Assembly: GCA_964016885.1 (NCBI GenBank)
Contig: OZ024740.1
Coordinates: 289,726,001-289,790,000, forward strand
From: Eledone cirrhosa
Lineage: Eukaryota
Direction of reading: 5' to 3'
Length of the DNA: 64,000 nt
In this document: in pieces, positions 61,357-64,000 of the stretch
How the letters are laid out: every line of letters begins with the position of its first letter
How positions within the stretch are numbered: the stretch's first letter is position 1
Made by a program: the position numbers and the translations under genes
Notes under the pieces: generated by a model
Databases searched by the model: none
Told to the model about the DNA's origin: nothing
Seen by the model: only the letters and a program-made list of their open reading frames with translations

Positions 61357-61547
61357 CGAAGGAAATGTGGTAAGGAACCAGGTGGACTATAACGCACCAA
61401 AGTACACAATACTTAGGGTAGTAGAGTGGGTAATAGGAACGAGTAGGACCCCGACGGCTGAGCTCAAGCCGTTTCGACGGCTAATTCTGGACATAATTAG
61501 CCGTCGAAACGGCTTGAGCTCAGCCGTCGGGGTCCTACTCGTTCCTA
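61355..61547. mobile_element. Palindromic mini-element, copy F
   Basis: Near-identical to copies A and B; flanked by (TA)n. Confidence 0.85.
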
Positions 61548-62062
61548 TATATATATATATATATATGTGTATGTGTGTGTGTGTGTGTGTAAACATACAT
61601 TTGGCTCGCGCGCGCACACATACTTATCTCTATGTTTCTATGTAAATACAGGAGATAAAAGGATTTAAAATAAGGTTTATTTGTTCGTAGCTGATGATTC
61701 ACTGCTTCGCCACTCCAAGTTTGGCATTCAATATTAACAGATTCCTTCAAGCGAGAAACTTATAGAAGCAAGGGAGAATCATTAGAACGGGACCATCGAA
61801 CGAATACACACATATATCTCAATATATAGAGAGATTGATAGATAGATACACACTTATATACACTTATATACACTTATATACACGAACATGGTACGATCGA
61901 AAAAATGTGTACTCGGTGCCAAAGATTAGAATTTACATTATTTATCCGTTGTCAGGAAGACGCACATCAAGGCCCAGAACGTCACGCTAACATAAAAGAA
62001 ATTACACACAGACACGACCCCCCACCTCTCACCCCCCCCCCCCCACACACAAACGCACACGC

Positions 62063-62094
<32 letters not shown>

Positions 62095-62289
62095 GCGGGC
62101 ACACACACTCACATACTGATACTAATATATGTTTTTTTCCTTCAATATATATCTCGGGTTCCGCTAGGTTTTTGGTGCTCACTACATGTTGTATGTCGCG
62201 ACGGCGCCACTACCATTCTATCAGGGGTTATTAGTACATACATACATACATAATGGGTCCCATATAAACGGGTTTTATTGAATTAATTA

Positions 62290-62678
62290 GTTAATTCTTC
62301 TCTTCGTCTTTGCCCACTTATTTCTGGGAGGGTCGTGGGCGAAGAGTTTTCAAGCACGCACTCCAGCGGATCCTGCCAGAAGCAACCGTCTCCAACTGAT
62401 CCGGCTGGATCAACAAGCGGAATCAGCAGAGCTCATGGATGTTATCCAACCATCTTGCTCGAGGTCTACTCCTGGGTCTCCTGCCAGTTAGTTTTGCCCG
62501 TAAAATCTGTCCAGTAATTCTTTCTTGAAACATTCTAACCACATGCCCATAGTATCGGAGCTGTGATCTCTCGATTCAGAGAAGTAGCGGCTCTACCTGG
62601 AGTGACTCTCTGATCTCTGAGCTAAATACTATCGAGTAACGTTACTTCAAATACCCTTCGGAGGAACCCCACTTCGAA
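62290..62678 (-). mobile_element. RTE-clade LINE 3' fragment
   Basis: Minus-strand translation: FLRRV..EIRESLQVEPLLL..RSQLRYYGHVVRM..RRPRSRPRARWLD. Confidence 0.8.
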
Positions 62679-63741
62679 CAGTTTTACAGATACCCATTGT
62701 ATTCAAATTCAGAGAACTCCCTAAGCAAACTGAGGGCGTTGAAACAAAGCGGAGACTGTTCAACTCGGCAGTTTCTTCTTCAGCTTTCCAAGGTAGTTAA
62801 TTAATCTATTTATTCATTTATTCTTCGCGTTGTGTAAATATTTATAAATTGGAGTCAGAATGTTTGAATGGCTAATAAAGATGGGAATACAGAAAACAAT
62901 ATAGAATGGAAAAATATTATGAAATGGAAAATGAGAAGGGGGAGGAGAAGGGGGTGGAGGAGTAGGAGGAGGAGGAGAAGAAGAAGAAGAAGAAGAAGAA
63001 GAAGAAGAAGAAGAAGGGTGTGTTATGAAATTCAGCAGCTTTACCCGCGTCCCCCATAAAAAAACACCGTGACTCATGGTTAATTAATTACTCAGACAAT
63101 GGGTTCGTCCTTAGTTTTGTGTATATTTGAAAGTGTTTGCTTTTTAACATTCCTCAGAAAGTCTCTCAACCGAAGTTAACATTCACTTTCCTTATGGGTT
63201 CAATTTTTTTCCGGTATAAGTGCTACTTCTTTAACATAGTACTTGTCTTTGAAAATATATAGCTGAAAAATACCTAGTCACTGAATTATAAAAATATTAC
63301 AAGTAATACGTTGTGTTGCATATGGCAGTTATTGTCATAGTAACAACTATGAAACCGTATAAACATACATAAGTATTTGTCAAGTATTTTAGACTACTTC
63401 AATCTGACATAATATTTGTTTCCAAATGAACATTATTTCATTCGAAAGCAAGTTACGGCCAGATAATATCATGATATTACAAGAACAAAATTATTGTTTA
63501 AAATATCAATTTCACTTTATAAATTTCCAACGAATATATACATACATACAAATTCTCCCCACGAATATTAGGATGGCGAGAGAAATCGAACAAAAAAGAA
63601 TATTTCTCGTTTTAGTAACAAAGTGAATATAGATATAATGAAGTAGGGAGAGAAAGGTTTAATGGATTAGAATAATAGGCGAATTTAGCTGAATCAAGCA
63701 AAGATGAATATATTTCTAAGAGAGCGATGTTAGATCGAATG

Positions 63742-63942
63742 CAGACCTGCCAACTCTCCCCGTCCGACGGAGTGATCTCCCACCCACTTTGGGGAGGATG
63801 ACAGATGTCTTCTCTTGTGAAATTGGGTATAGATTTCATTATGTAAAATCTCCTCATTACCCCCCCCCCCCCATTTCTCCCCGTTTTGGGGCACTTTTTT
63901 CATGATACTCCTCGTTCAGGATTTTAGAGGTTGGCAGATCTG
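63742..63942. mobile_element. 201-bp MITE, hAT-like
   Basis: TIRs CAGACCTGCCAAC / GTTGGCAGATCTG, flanked by CGAATG on both sides. Confidence 0.75.
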
Positions 63943-64000
63943 CGAATGATATATTTCATGCGTACTCATGAAATATGGTTCGTTCTCTGTTACTATTTTT

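Noticed and set aside
62713-62791. Possible short host exon (AG...ELPKQTEGVETKRRLFNSAVSSSAFQ...GT)
   Set aside because: Weak acceptor, no partner exons or recognisable homology; needs RNA-seq.

Overview
Very AT-rich, microsatellite-saturated ((TA)n, (CA)n, (TACA)n, (TCT)n) non-coding eukaryotic DNA. The repeat content suggests a cephalopod/octopus-like invertebrate (inference). I can support no host protein-coding gene; most ORF-track entries are microsatellite read-through. The window is almost entirely mobile DNA. It holds at least seven Penelope-like retroelement (PLE; RT + C-terminal GIY-YIG) copies from about four families, several with tandem or inverted pseudo-LTRs. One forms a ~10.7-kb near-perfect palindrome (49550-60297). 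Also present are two tRNA-derived SINE families, RTE/CR1 LINE fragments, and hAT and Tigger-like MITEs. A hidden RNA layer is not visible in the ORF track: I found about 25 type I hammerhead ribozyme (HHR) motifs by eye. They sit in PLE termini and in ORF-less tandem or fold-back units (518-bp array, 593-bp unit, ~320-bp unit, ~190-bp palindromic mini-element). They include variants with very long stem II (50-115 nt), compensatory U3-A8 cores and palindromic stem III. Together these suggest a microsatellite-targeted community of PLEs and non-autonomous, ribozyme-bearing, retrozyme-like satellites. Coordinates are hand-counted and may be off by a few bases.
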